This document shows, one piece after another, positions 52,966 through 64,000 of a stretch of 64,000 bases of DNA. The DNA comes from a plasmid. Each line of letters opens with the position of its first letter. Positions within the stretch are counted from its first letter, which is position 1. The stretch lies in the sequence record OW969666.1. One strand, written 5' to 3'. The notes under the pieces are model-generated. The model was not told where the DNA came from, did not search any database, and worked only from the letters and a program-made list of their open reading frames with translations. Both the position numbers and the translations under genes were made by a program.

Positions 52966-53985
52966 TCATATCAGATCCAGACGGTCACGAGCCGTGCGCA
53001 GGCGCGCTTCGCCGCGGCGATCGTACTGCTGGGTGGTGGTGACGCTGGCATGCCCCATGGCATCCTTTACAGTGATTAAGTCCTCGCCGTTATCCAGCAT
53101 GGAGGTCGCAAAGGTTCGCCTTAAATCGTGCGGTGCGCATTTTGCAATCCCAGCCAGGCGCTGGCGCACCTGCAGGACATGGTACACCGTCTGGTCGGTA
53201 AGCCGGTCGTTCGTCAGGGTGTCAAAGCGGCGGATACGGGTGAATAGCGGCCCGTCTTTTTCTCCCCGCACGTCATCGATCCACTTTCTGAGCCGCTGCC
53301 AGGTGCCCGCCGGCATATAGGCCAGCCTTTCCTTGTTCCCCTTACCCAGTACCCTGAGCGCCCGCTCATCTGTGACAATGTCACACAAATCGAGCCCCAC
53401 GGCCTCCGAGCGTCGCAGGCCGCAGCCGAGAATGACACCCAGCATCGCCGCATCGCGCACCCCAATGCTGGAGTCATCGGCCTCGCAAGCACCGAACAGC
53501 GCCCGGATCTCCTCCGGCGGCAGGGCCCGGCCGCGCGGAAGACGGCTGCCGCGCAGGTTACGGACCGCCCGGATGTGCTGGAAGCTCTCCACGTCCATCA
53601 GCCTGAGCATCCAGGCTTCCTTCGCCACGCCCTTGAGTGCCGAAAGATAGGTGTTGACGGTGGCGGTGGCCCGGCCGGTGTCGCGCAGCAGTTCGGTCAC
53701 GGCCATCACGTGATGGCGCCGCAGGCTGCCCCAGCTGCAGGACTCCAGGGAGGCAGCTCCGAGCATAACGGCGACGATGTTCAGGAACGAGGCCATGGTC
53801 TGCCGGCTGCGGTGGGAATTGAGTGAAAGCAGGTAGGCCCGGGCCGGGCTGACCGGGGCATTCTCACCTGACAGCGCCGGCAGGAATTCCTCACTGGCTG
53901 CGGGCAGACTCAGCTCCGGTTCGTCATCGGGAATCAGGATCATGTCGGGCTCCGTCCGGCGCGCTGCGTAAAAAATCGGGGGCAA
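52966..53985 (-). CDS. Tyrosine site-specific recombinase/integrase (339 aa, XerC/XerD-like).
   Basis: Catalytic-domain motifs LRRSEAVGL (Arg I), HDLRRTFATSML (His-x-x-Arg II) and GHASVTTTQQY (His-Tyr). Confidence 0.85.
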   Translation of the reverse strand: MPPIFYAARRTEPDMILIPDDEPELSLPAASEEFLPALSGENAPVSPARAYLLSLNSHRSRQTMASFLNIVAVMLGAASLESCSWGSLRRHHVMAVTELLRDTGRATATVNTYLSALKGVAKEAWMLRLMDVESFQHIRAVRNLRGSRLPRGRALPPEEIRALFGACEADDSSIGVRDAAMLGVILGCGLRRSEAVGLDLCDIVTDERALRVLGKGNKERLAYMPAGTWQRLRKWIDDVRGEKDGPLFTRIRRFDTLTNDRLTDQTVYHVLQVRQRLAGIAKCAPHDLRRTFATSMLDNGEDLITVKDAMGHASVTTTQQYDRRGEARLRTARDRLDLI

Positions 53986-54166
53986 ACTTACTGTCAGAGC
54001 GTACCGCAGAAAGTCTACTTTTTCAAAGGTACATTTTAATAAGCAGAAAAAACTGAAACCATTCTTCGGTCATTGCAGCTCGAACAGCTGTTGACGGTCA
54101 GATTCGGGTAGGTGCCTGTACGCTGTAACGCTGCTAATTTAGCTTAACCACCATAATAAAGAGGGA

Positions 54167-55327
54167 ATGTTAACAATGAATCAAAAATGGAAGACGCTGT
54201 TAATTTCGGTATTAACTCCGTCTGGCATCATATCAGGGATCGCGCTGACTGTGCTCTGGGGATATTTCAGTCGTCTTGACAGACTCGATGTTTTCTTTGA
54301 GGTGATGAGCATCAAGAGTCTATTCGCTATGGTCTGCTGCGCAGCCGTATTCTCATTAGCGATTCTGTTATTTATCTTTTTTATAATCTCTATATTCATG
54401 CCGATTATCATTCCTCTGGACATCAATAATCTTCCTACATACAATAAAATTCAGAATAACTTTTTATCGATACTGATGCTGTCAGGACTGTTCCCGATGG
54501 CGTTTATCTATGTATTTTACTATGCTTTCGATTTCAGCCAGGCCGTAAAAAATAATTCAGGCTGGCTGTCTTTGCTAAGTATCGGTGTACTGACCATAAT
54601 TATTTCCTGCCTGATAAGCCGAAAATATCTAGAACACGACTTATCAATTAAAAATACGAAGGTGAGATGGATGCGGCGATGCCAGATTTATGTGGCCATC
54701 CCGCTCTGTATAGCACTGCTGGCGCATCTTCAGGTGTTTCCACTGGAAATAGTATTCAGGAATATTTCTGCTTCAACTGAAAAGGTAAGTTTCAGGATCG
54801 TGGCCGGAATGGCGTTCATGTCTTATATGGTTTTTTTTATGACAATTTTGCCTGGCCTCGTTTACCTCAGAATGGATGCCAAGGATAAACTCCCCAAAAA
54901 AATTAGCACTTCCCTGATAGTGTCTCTGATGATACTGTTATTTATTTCTACAAAAATAACTGTTTTACCTGTTATATTTACTCATTCCGTCATTAAACTT
55001 TCAGGTATAAGTGATTTCAGCACCCACAGCTATATTATAAAATCTAGCGAGTATCCGGAGGAGTTTTTTTCTAATTCAGTTTGGGATAGGAAAAAAATCA
55101 AAGCAGGAGAATATTACTCGGTTCGGGCTGTTTCTATATTTACCACCAATCAATTCAGTTTTCTTTGCCCTGAAGAAATAATCAAATCCTATAGGGAAAG
55201 CTGGAAATTTAATCCGCTGGATTCTGAGTTCGATACAGATGTCAGGCTTAAACTCCAGAAAGATGCCGCTTACTGCGTACCGGTTTCAGCGACAGCTGTA
55301 AAACGCTGGGATGTTCCACTCCAGTAA
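54167..55327 (+). CDS. Unknown polytopic inner-membrane protein (386 aa, about 9-10 TM helices). Encoded in an AT-rich (low-GC) segment.
   Basis: Long ORF with a strong hydrophobic periodicity. Local base composition is clearly lower in GC than flanking DNA. RBS AGGGAATGTTAACAATG. Confidence 0.6.
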   Translation: MLTMNQKWKTLLISVLTPSGIISGIALTVLWGYFSRLDRLDVFFEVMSIKSLFAMVCCAAVFSLAILLFIFFIISIFMPIIIPLDINNLPTYNKIQNNFLSILMLSGLFPMAFIYVFYYAFDFSQAVKNNSGWLSLLSIGVLTIIISCLISRKYLEHDLSIKNTKVRWMRRCQIYVAIPLCIALLAHLQVFPLEIVFRNISASTEKVSFRIVAGMAFMSYMVFFMTILPGLVYLRMDAKDKLPKKISTSLIVSLMILLFISTKITVLPVIFTHSVIKLSGISDFSTHSYIIKSSEYPEEFFSNSVWDRKKIKAGEYYSVRAVSIFTTNQFSFLCPEEIIKSYRESWKFNPLDSEFDTDVRLKLQKDAAYCVPVSATAVKRWDVPLQ

Positions 55328-56059
55328 CCGAAGTTTGCAACTTCGTTCCTAATAAGGGTATAAGTACGAAACTTATACCCTTCATTATCATTTCCCGGTA
55401 GATTTACTGGGTTTCAATCCGGGTGTATTACCGGGCGTATCCTTATTATCGCGACGACGTTGATCTGGCTTTCCTGTTGACTTGGCAATTGGTTTGGGAC
55501 CTGGTTTTAAACCCATGATACGGATTCCTGAGTTTCAGAGGGACATCCTCAATATACATATATGGGATCCACTGTACCTTATCAAGTTATAAACGCAAAA
55601 TGTTCCCGACAGATGACCGGTACGGAAGATTATATCTCTGCCGATCAAGGATGCGTCGAAAAAATGGAGTATACCGCTCCAGAACTGGCGACTGGCGATT
55701 AGTGGTTTTATTATCGAGTTCGGTGACTGCCTTAGCGATCACCTTTCATATATTGGAAGTTACACAGAATTTCAGGCTTAAAAAAACAAAAGGAACATCT
55801 TGAGAACCTTTAGAGGATAAATCTGATTGTTTTGCCGGATTAAACTTCACTATTTATTAAAATTCGCATTTTGCAGCTTCGCTCCCACTAGGCCGTAAAG
55901 GAGGGCGGCAGGGTAGAGCCACAAAACTATTCACTTTTATAAACAACTTGAGCTTTGCGCATTAAACCCTTGCCGCAGGCGGTGAACCGCATATCCGGCA
56001 CAGACAGTCAGTTTTTCTGGCAGCTTAAATTTGACACAGCTTAATATAGTGATTCATTA

Positions 56060-57358
<1,299 letters not shown>

Positions 57359-57368
57359 CCACTACACG

Positions 57369-58871
57369 TTAGTTTTCTACTAACTGAACGACGACTAGCC
57401 TGCCGCCTTCCTCCTTTGACAGAACAAACTGAGCGTTATTCGTCAGTTCAATTTTTTCACCAATGGCAATCTGTCGTTTATCCGGTAATGACATAAGCCC
57501 ATTTATGCCTTCATTTACTAACCACCACTGATCGTTATGGAAAACAAAATACCCAACTCGTTTCCTTTGTGCATCGGTTGTGCGCTCATTTGGCGCAATG
57601 AGGCGATTCACATGCCACGCATAGATTGACTGCCCGCTCCACACCATCAACCGGTGATCGTCAGGACGATAACTGCCTTCCTTTCGGGATGAATATAAAT
57701 TTAGAACCGGTAATTTACCCTTGTATGGCGTACCGCAGTAGGGACAAACCGGCTTTGTCTTACCTGAGAAAACGTACCATTTCTGTTCACACGCCTTGTT
57801 CTGGCAGGGCTGTATCAGATCGACTGTTTTAACCAGGGCACTTTCCCACTCATCGGCGGTCGGGCGTTTAGTGGCATCGTGTAAGCCATCAATAAAGGCG
57901 CGTTCAAACAAAGGCGTCAGATAAGGGCCCATGATGGTGTAAGGAATTTTCTCCGGGTCAGCCCAGGGCAGTGAAAAGGAGGATAGCTGACTGACTTTGA
58001 CTGCATTGCTTTTGTCTGTCGGATGTTCAATGAAGAGTGCCTTCTCACCCATAGATAAGGTCTCATCACGTACTTCATCCGACATGTCATGTATTTTTCC
58101 GCCACGTAGCGGATGACGGAAGAACAGATACATGTAGATAAGCACCGACAGCGCATGACGGTCAGTAGAAATGCTTGGCAATACGCGGTTCGGATCCTCT
58201 TTGGAAAGATGGCTGGTTTTCACCACTTCCGGAGCGATAAAATCCGGGGTGCCCACGACGTCGGGAGGATACTTTCCAGGGACAACCAGGCCGTCTACGT
58301 CAATGATGCAGGCATGTCCCATTTCTGGATCGATAAGCACGTTTTTATAGCTTAGATCGCTGTGACAGAGACCTGCCGCATGCATCCTTCTGACGGCTCT
58401 TGTTAGCAGCAGACAGACCTTGAGATAGGTAAGCGTATTGCCTCGTTCACGTGGGTCGAGAAATTTATTCTGGTTGCTGGCGCTGGCAAACCATTTGCCT
58501 TCCTTTTCACGGCCTTTTATGCCAAGAAAATCATCGTTTTTAGAGCCGTATTTAAAGAAAAAGTAGCTTTTGTAGGTTGGAACCACGATGCCGATTTTAT
58601 CCCCATGCTCAACAACGTGGGTCGGCCAGCAAAACAGGTCCTTCCAGTATTCACCTCCGGACTGGCCAAAAATGTTTTGCCTGTAGCGTCCGGTGATCAT
58701 ATCAATCCGATCCCGGGCCTGCTCGTTCTGCGGTTTATGATAAAAAGCGACGACGTATGATTTATCAGGCGAGAAGTAAACATCCTTCATCGAGCCCGAA
58801 CCAATTACCTCGTCAACATACTGGACTGTTTCGCCGTCCTTTGTTTTGCACGTAACAATATTTGCCATATT
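57369..58871 (-). CDS. Hanks-type Ser/Thr protein kinase (about 500 aa). Has a C-terminal zinc-ribbon and FHA-like region. Last gene of the TerY-P-type operon.
   Basis: Catalytic loop HSDLSYKNVLID, DVDGLV (DFG-equivalent), GTPDFIAPE (APE) and N-terminal VIGSGSMKDVY (Gly-rich loop). C-terminus has CQNKACEQKW...CPYCGT (4 Cys), then a block resembling an FHA core (GYFVFHNDQWWLVNEGINGL...IGEKIEL). Confidence 0.8.
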   Translation of the reverse strand, partial: NMANIVTCKTKDGETVQYVDEVIGSGSMKDVYFSPDKSYVVAFYHKPQNEQARDRIDMITGRYRQNIFGQSGGEYWKDLFCWPTHVVEHGDKIGIVVPTYKSYFFFKYGSKNDDFLGIKGREKEGKWFASASNQNKFLDPRERGNTLTYLKVCLLLTRAVRRMHAAGLCHSDLSYKNVLIDPEMGHACIIDVDGLVVPGKYPPDVVGTPDFIAPEVVKTSHLSKEDPNRVLPSISTDRHALSVLIYMYLFFRHPLRGGKIHDMSDEVRDETLSMGEKALFIEHPTDKSNAVKVSQLSSFSLPWADPEKIPYTIMGPYLTPLFERAFIDGLHDATKRPTADEWESALVKTVDLIQPCQNKACEQKWYVFSGKTKPVCPYCGTPYKGKLPVLNLYSSRKEGSYRPDDHRLMVWSGQSIYAWHVNRLIAPNERTTDAQRKRVGYFVFHNDQWWLVNEGINGLMSLPDKRQIAIGEKIELTNNAQFVLSKEEGGRLVVVQLVEN

Positions 58872-58893
58872 GATCACCGAAGAAGCGTATCCC

Positions 58894-60534
58894 TTACCAC
58901 AACACCGCAATAGTGCGGTCATCGTGGTTCCCTGTGGAGAAAAAGTTAAGCCAGTCGCCTAACCTCTCAGGCGCAATACTGGCGTCTGTAAGGACAGGGA
59001 TGAGCTCATCAAGGAGACGGGTCCATTTTTCGTCACTGCGAAGCCCGTTATCTGTCTCAAACAGAGGGTCTGATACGCCATCTGTCATGAGGATCAAGTG
59101 AGATACATCATTCCATTTACCCACGCTGATGCGGCCGCTAAACGAGGGGTCTGCGATAATGCTCTGGTCAAGAAAGCGGGTTTGTCCTGCGTATTCTCCG
59201 CTATCGGGATTTCCCAGTATCCTGACTTTACCGGAAGGGCTGTATGCACCTATCGCACCATCACCAAGCCAGAATGCAGCCGCAAACAGCTCATTATCAG
59301 TTCGTAGCGCTACAGTTGCCAGTAGGGTTGTTGAATAGGATTTCACAGGTTGTTCTGCACAAATGGCTTCGTTCTGGATACTGTTGACCGCGAGCGTAGC
59401 TGCCTGTTTAAAATGATGAAGCATGGCGTTTATGGTTGCCTGCTGATCGCTCCCTTCCCACGCCGTGATGTGCTGCTTTAGATGGACGCCTTTCAAACCA
59501 CTGAGCTGATTGAAAAGGTAATCGCCAGCCGTTTGGACTGCAATCCGGGAGCCTTCCCGGGAATTTACCGCACTACCGGCCCCGTCTGCGACCAGCATGA
59601 CAGACCATCCTGTTTCCTGGCAGTGGTTGATATAGAAGTCGTCATCTCTGAAGCTCCCGGCATGCTCATGAGATCGTCCCCGGCGACTGGCGGCAGCAAT
59701 ACGTATGTCACCCCTGACCAGGCCAGCAGCGTCCAGATGGGACTTAGGGTAGGAAGCGCCTGCTGGTGGCTCTACCACCTTCCACAGGCTTCTCGGATCG
59801 GGATTGACTATAAAAAGCTGTTTTGTTTCGCATTCGTCGTGCGAAGCGCATGACCAGAGTACTGAAAGCTCTATATCGCCGCTTTCGGTGGGTGTACCTG
59901 TCAGCAACTTATGCTCTTTGTCAAAGGTCAGGCCAATGTTCCTGGGAAAGACAACGTCCCTGACAGTAGCCTGCTGGCCCTCATCCAGAACTATAGCAAC
60001 CGGCGAAGAGAAACGTTCGCCTGCGCGGGCGTTGGGAATAACTATTTTAGCTCTCGGGGGAACGGCAGGTGGCACAGCTAATCCGGCCCGCTGCTGGCCT
60101 GTCGGTATCTGCCCGGGTTTTAATACCAGGGAAGACAGGTTTTCGTCTTCCCTCTGTGCTGGTTTATCAAATTCGTAATAAGGCATCAGCTTCCAGAACG
60201 GAGGATGAGGTTCATTTTCTGGCAGGGGTTGCAGTAATGGTGTATCGGTAGCGTCAATGCCCGGGTTATCTGCATCACTTACGACCGTTTGTTGCTGATC
60301 GGAAAGGCTGGATGCTGACGAGGGGGCGATCTCTGCGTCGTTATAACCTTCGCTAACCCGCGCAGATAAACCCTGTGCAAGGCTCTCAATCCGCTCTTTA
60401 AGCCGCATAATCTCTTCAGTAAGGGAAGGGTCGTGCGATAGAAGAAAAAGCCGCTCACCTTCTACAGGGTGGCCCAGCTCAGACAGCACTAAGCGGATAA
60501 TCTTCTCTTCAAGTAAAGCATTTTGCGACATCAA
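58894..60534 (-). CDS. PP2C-family Ser/Thr phosphatase (546 aa). Has a long N-terminal coiled-coil/Pro-rich region.
   Basis: C-terminal half carries PP2C-like metal-binding blocks: RRGRSHEHAGSFRDDDF, LVADGAGS, MTDGVSD, NHDDRTIAVLW. Stop overlaps the kinase upstream region. Start overlaps the preceding vWA gene by 4 bp. Confidence 0.75.
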   Translation of the reverse strand: MMSQNALLEEKIIRLVLSELGHPVEGERLFLLSHDPSLTEEIMRLKERIESLAQGLSARVSEGYNDAEIAPSSASSLSDQQQTVVSDADNPGIDATDTPLLQPLPENEPHPPFWKLMPYYEFDKPAQREDENLSSLVLKPGQIPTGQQRAGLAVPPAVPPRAKIVIPNARAGERFSSPVAIVLDEGQQATVRDVVFPRNIGLTFDKEHKLLTGTPTESGDIELSVLWSCASHDECETKQLFIVNPDPRSLWKVVEPPAGASYPKSHLDAAGLVRGDIRIAAASRRGRSHEHAGSFRDDDFYINHCQETGWSVMLVADGAGSAVNSREGSRIAVQTAGDYLFNQLSGLKGVHLKQHITAWEGSDQQATINAMLHHFKQAATLAVNSIQNEAICAEQPVKSYSTTLLATVALRTDNELFAAAFWLGDGAIGAYSPSGKVRILGNPDSGEYAGQTRFLDQSIIADPSFSGRISVGKWNDVSHLILMTDGVSDPLFETDNGLRSDEKWTRLLDELIPVLTDASIAPERLGDWLNFFSTGNHDDRTIAVLW

Positions 60535-61573
60535 CCTCTCCCTCTGTTTACGTCGAAGTTAGTGTTTCCGCCATCATTGCTGAATGACAGACCTGTTTCA
60601 CACCACGGGCAGATCACGTCATCCGGGCCGTCAATGCACAGCAATTTTCCGCATGAGCACAGGGCAAACGCACTGGCATTACCGCAGTGAGGGCAACCCG
60701 GTACGCCATGCAGTTCGCTGGTGTTTACCTGCAAACCGGTAGCGGTGGCATCTGACCATGCAAAATAGTCCTCATCGATGGGATAGCATCCGGCAATATT
60801 AAAGCTGTTCAGGTTCAGGCTGAAATCGAGCCCGGAAATCCTTGCTGGTGGCCGTTCATACTTCATCAGATACGGACGACGGGTCTTGCTGCAACGGCCG
60901 GTAAGCGTAACGCAGATTTCGTCGTACGCTTTTACTGGCTCGTCCTTGGCCAGCCGGACTATGTATTCAGTCTGGCTGAGCTCAGGTTGTTTGTCGTCTC
61001 CGACGCTGCGGCTGTGCGCCGTAACCGAGGCTGTGATCCATTTGATGAAGCGGGTAAAGTCCCCTTCCTGAGACTCGGTGAACAGCATGACATTCTCTGT
61101 CAGTTGCCGCAGGGTATTCAGGTCCGCTGACGGCCCCAGGCCAACGGCAATGAGATTCACTTTACTCGCGTAGTGATCCTTCCAGCGCTTCACTTCTGCG
61201 GTTGTGTCGTCAGTCGGACGTCCGTCGGTAAGGAGATACACGACGGGTTTCCAGTCGCCTTTAGCCTCATGAGTGGTTTTTCTGACCTGGGTATCAATTT
61301 GTACGGTCAGCTCACGCAATGCGGCCCCAAGGCTCGTACCGCCGCCAACGGGAAGGCGGGGAGGGTAGAACGAGGCAATTTCGTGAAGAGGTACAATCGT
61401 ACGGGCTACACCGGCAAATGCGATTACCGAAACCCAGGCTGTTTCAAGTGCGTGTGGATCCTTTCTTAAATCTCCGACGATCATTTGCAGACCATCAGTC
61501 ATTTTTTTCAGGTTTTCACCAATCATGGACTCTGAACAGTCCAGGACAAAAAACACGGGAAGGCGTCTCATAA
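60531..61573 (-). CDS. TerY-like von Willebrand factor A (vWA) domain protein with a C-terminal double-CxxC zinc-ribbon extension (347 aa).
   Basis: N-terminal MRRLPVFFVLDCSESM (MIDAS motif DxSxS), ...LLTDGRPTD. C-terminus CPHCGN...CSCGKLLC...CPWCETG. RBS AGGAAAATTATG. Confidence 0.8.
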
Positions 61574-61656
61574 TTTTCCTCGTACGGCTGGTACGGCCAG
61601 CAGAAAACGTTGCTGTACAGAAAGGTGCTGCCCGGAAAGCAGCACCTTTCTGTCTG

Positions 61657-62295
61657 TCAGAGCACCAGCTGGATTTCTGGTGGAGGAGGGGGAAGGGTAT
61701 CAGTTCCGTTATTGATCCCCGCGCTTGTGCTGCCGGAAGACACGCTGGCCGATACCCATTTAAAGAAACCTGCAAACGCGGTTGAATCTAGCGTCTCCAG
61801 AGACACAACCTTATCGGTGAGCTGTTTTAAGTGCTCATGGCCTGCTTTAGGACCAACGGCGCAGGCAATGATGGATCCGAATCCCCGGCCGCGAATCGCT
61901 TTTACCGCTTCACCGTACGCCAGGGCATCAGAAGGGGTTCCATCAGTCATCAGGAATACCAGAGGACGCCAGTCTCCTTTTGTATCACCATCTGAGCGAC
62001 GTACATCCCGTTCAACACACTGCATCAGACATTCAAGGGCAGCACCGGTGAACGTCCCGCCTGCGCTTGGCACAACGATATCAGAAAACTGGAAGTCTTC
62101 CAGCGGCGTGAGAGGAATGAACTCACGCGCCCCATTGTCATAGGTGATAATGGAGATATGAACGCTTTCGAGGGCGTAGGGATCCTGGCGAAGAGCGCTA
62201 AGCATCGCCTGAATTCCAACGTTAACGGAATGGATGGACTCACCGCGCATCGAGCCGGATGTGTCGATAACAAGGTAAACAGGCAGGCGGCGCAT
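61657..62295 (-). CDS. terY: TerY-family vWA domain protein (212 aa).
   Basis: MRRLPVYLVIDTSGSM (MIDAS), ...VFLMTDGTPSD..., C-terminal LPPPPPE. Start overlaps the terD-like stop. Confidence 0.85.
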   Translation of the reverse strand: MRRLPVYLVIDTSGSMRGESIHSVNVGIQAMLSALRQDPYALESVHISIITYDNGAREFIPLTPLEDFQFSDIVVPSAGGTFTGAALECLMQCVERDVRRSDGDTKGDWRPLVFLMTDGTPSDALAYGEAVKAIRGRGFGSIIACAVGPKAGHEHLKQLTDKVVSLETLDSTAFAGFFKWVSASVSSGSTSAGINNGTDTLPPPPPEIQLVL

Positions 62296-62936
62296 CACAT
62301 GTAATTCCTCAGGTGCGAGACAAACGAATCTGATTCTGAAGGCTCACCAATTGCCCTGAGTTTCCAGCCTGTAGCCTCGCGTATCAGCTCGGCAAAAACC
62401 ATGGAGCGCTGGCTGGCGAAGGCGGGTCCGCCAGAAAGATCGAATCGTGCCATTTCAATATTACGGGCATCTACTGCCCGGATGAAGGCATTCTGAACTT
62501 TACCAAAGTGCTGCTGGAGCTTTTCACCATTGTAGATCTGAACGATGAACACAATTTTCTCGTACTGAGCGTCAAGGGAATTCAGGCGCACAATAATTTG
62601 CTCATCGTCACCGTCACCGGCTCCGGTTCGGTTATCGCCCGTCAGCCAGATATTTCCTGACTTATGGCGAAGGCTGTTGAAAAAGATGATATCGCCATTC
62701 ACAAGCGTTGGTTTACCATTTTCCACATTGCCGAGATCGGTCACCTTTCCGGCTGAATTACACAGGAAAGCGATCACATCAAGGTCGTATTCTTCTTCTT
62801 TTTTACCAAAGATCCCGCCGAGGAAACCTTTCTTTTCCTCATTAATATCCCAACCCAGGCCGATAGTAACGGACGAGAGATCGTATTCATTTTTTTTCAG
62901 GCTTACGCCCTGGCCTTTGCTCAGACTGACAGACAT
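62295..62936 (-). CDS. terD: TerD-family (TerD/TerX/TerZ) stress protein (213 aa).
   Basis: MSVSLSKGQGVSLKKNEYDLSSVTIGLGWDINEE... is the characteristic TerD-domain N-terminus, with acidic Ca-binding-like DxD clusters (GDNRTGAGDGDDE). Confidence 0.85.
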   Translation of the reverse strand: MSVSLSKGQGVSLKKNEYDLSSVTIGLGWDINEEKKGFLGGIFGKKEEEYDLDVIAFLCNSAGKVTDLGNVENGKPTLVNGDIIFFNSLRHKSGNIWLTGDNRTGAGDGDDEQIIVRLNSLDAQYEKIVFIVQIYNGEKLQQHFGKVQNAFIRAVDARNIEMARFDLSGGPAFASQRSMVFAELIREATGWKLRAIGEPSESDSFVSHLRNYM

Positions 62937-62958
62937 GACATCCCCTTAATTAATAAAA

Positions 62959-63597
62959 TTATAAGACCACGTTTACTTCTGGCGGCGGCGGTGGCAGGTC
63001 TTCAAGACCGATCACTTCTTTTTTGCTGGACTCCACTTTCTGACTGCCTACCGAAATGCTCGCACTGACCCATTTAAAGAAAGCTTTAATCGTCGAACTG
63101 TCAGCTGTATCGAGCTGAACCACGATTTCAGTGATTTCTTTGAGGACGCTGGTATCGGCATCATGCCCGGCTGCACATGCCACAACAACGCCGGTTCTGG
63201 CCGCTTTAAAGTCATTCAGGCCTTTACGCCAGTCATCATTCGGACTTCCATCCGTCATCAGGAATACAAGGGGACGCCAGTCACCTTTAGTGTCAGCCGT
63301 CGTTTTCTGTACTTCTTTGGCAATGGAGCTGGCCGTCAGGGTAAGCGCTTCGCCAAGAGAGGTGGTGCCGCTGGCTGTTAGTGCTGGCATCTGGAAACTC
63401 AGGAGGTCTGTCAGGGGGACTGCCTGTCGGGCTGAAGAATCAAAGGTGATCACTGACACGTAAGCCGTTTCGAGTGCATACGGATCCTGTTTCAGCGTGG
63501 TAAGCAGCGTCTGAACGCCATTCTTAACCGCTTCGATAGGCTCTCCGTGCATAGAGCCGGACGTGTCGAGTAGCAGATATACGGGTAAGCGTCTCAA
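62959..63597 (-). CDS. terY: TerY-family vWA domain protein (212 aa). Probable TTG start. Paralog of 61657-62295.
   Basis: (M)RRLPVYLLLDTSGSM, ...VFLMTDGSPND..., LPPPPPE tail. RBS AAGGAATTACATTTG is conserved with the paralog's GAGGAATTACATGTGATG. Confidence 0.8.
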   Translation of the reverse strand: MRRLPVYLLLDTSGSMHGEPIEAVKNGVQTLLTTLKQDPYALETAYVSVITFDSSARQAVPLTDLLSFQMPALTASGTTSLGEALTLTASSIAKEVQKTTADTKGDWRPLVFLMTDGSPNDDWRKGLNDFKAARTGVVVACAAGHDADTSVLKEITEIVVQLDTADSSTIKAFFKWVSASISVGSQKVESSKKEVIGLEDLPPPPPEVNVVL

Positions 63598-64000
63598 ATG
63601 TAATTCCTTCTTAAGAGATCGGAAGAGGAGAGTAGTTTCAGGAAGAGGCCAGAGTTTGTAGATTTGATAAAACGGCACGACATCTGTCGGGTGGAGATTA
63701 AATACTCAGAAGCGGCATTAAAGAAATAAGTTAACCACCATTGAATTACCGACATGTGAATGGCCTCTTATCAGAGAAAAAAATTCAGACCGTACTGGAA
63801 TATAAGATTTCTGAAAAAAACTCCGGCAAAAATAAACTTTCTTATGTATGAAAATCATCATACATCACAGATCTGCATGAATGGAGTGTAAATCGCCCAA
63901 AGATTGATGTGTAGCACAAGAGGATGTCAAGACACCAGGTTTTGTAGGCAGAAAGGCGCTGCTGACATTGCGGGAGGAGAATAGATCAAAACTCCGTCAC

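Noticed and set aside
55600-55803. 67-aa ORF in the AT-rich spacer before the IS3 element.
   Set aside because: No RBS, and AT-rich low-complexity context. Likely spurious, although a small RNA or promoter function for the region is not excluded.

Overview
This window is a mosaic multiresistance F-like plasmid segment (Enterobacteriaceae) in three parts. Identifications rest on reading the protein translations and terminal repeats by eye; no searches were run.

Part 1 (1-24537) is an IS26-punctuated resistance region. There are five IS26 copies, the first partial at the window edge. Between them lie: the aac(6')-Ib-cr / blaOXA-1 / truncated catB3 cassette array; aac(3)-II with tmrB and a truncated IS3-family element; a truncated Tn2 carrying blaTEM-1, with the classical 2971-bp ISEcp1-blaCTX-M-15-orf477 unit inserted in tnpA and flanked by a TCATA duplication; an IS3-family insertion flanked by GAC; an IS91-family transposase fragment abutting a Tn5393-type inverted repeat; strB, strA and sul2; an IS5075-like element inside a Tn21-type inverted repeat; a truncated Tn21-type tnpA; and a truncated catA2.

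Part 2 (24538-51700) is plasmid backbone. It contains a truncated umuC with umuD and a LexA box, a parM/stbA partition module, a leading region, an oriT region and a decayed tra region.
- The leading region has three Frpo-like single-strand promoter repeats, an orphan DNA methyltransferase, klcA/ardB, a ParB-like nuclease gene, psiB with its 3' end fused to a hok remnant, a second methyltransferase and a DUF932 gene. Three roughly 500-bp repeat modules each carry a palindromic operator and a conserved 17-aa leader, and there is a (CGTGG)20 microsatellite.
- The tra region runs traM, a regulator, traA, traL, traE, traK, a truncated traB, a remnant of traV, a traI lacking its 5' half, and a DsbA-like gene.

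Part 3 (51700-64000) is an accessory islet. It holds a YafO-like toxin pair, a tyrosine recombinase, an AT-rich segment encoding an unknown 386-aa polytopic membrane protein, and an intact IS3-family element flanked by CGT. Last is a tightly packed minus-strand operon running off the window end: three TerY-like vWA proteins, a TerD-family protein, a vWA protein with a zinc ribbon, a PP2C phosphatase and a Ser/Thr kinase with zinc-ribbon and FHA-like C-terminal regions. This TerY-P-type phospho-signalling module is the most interesting system in the window.
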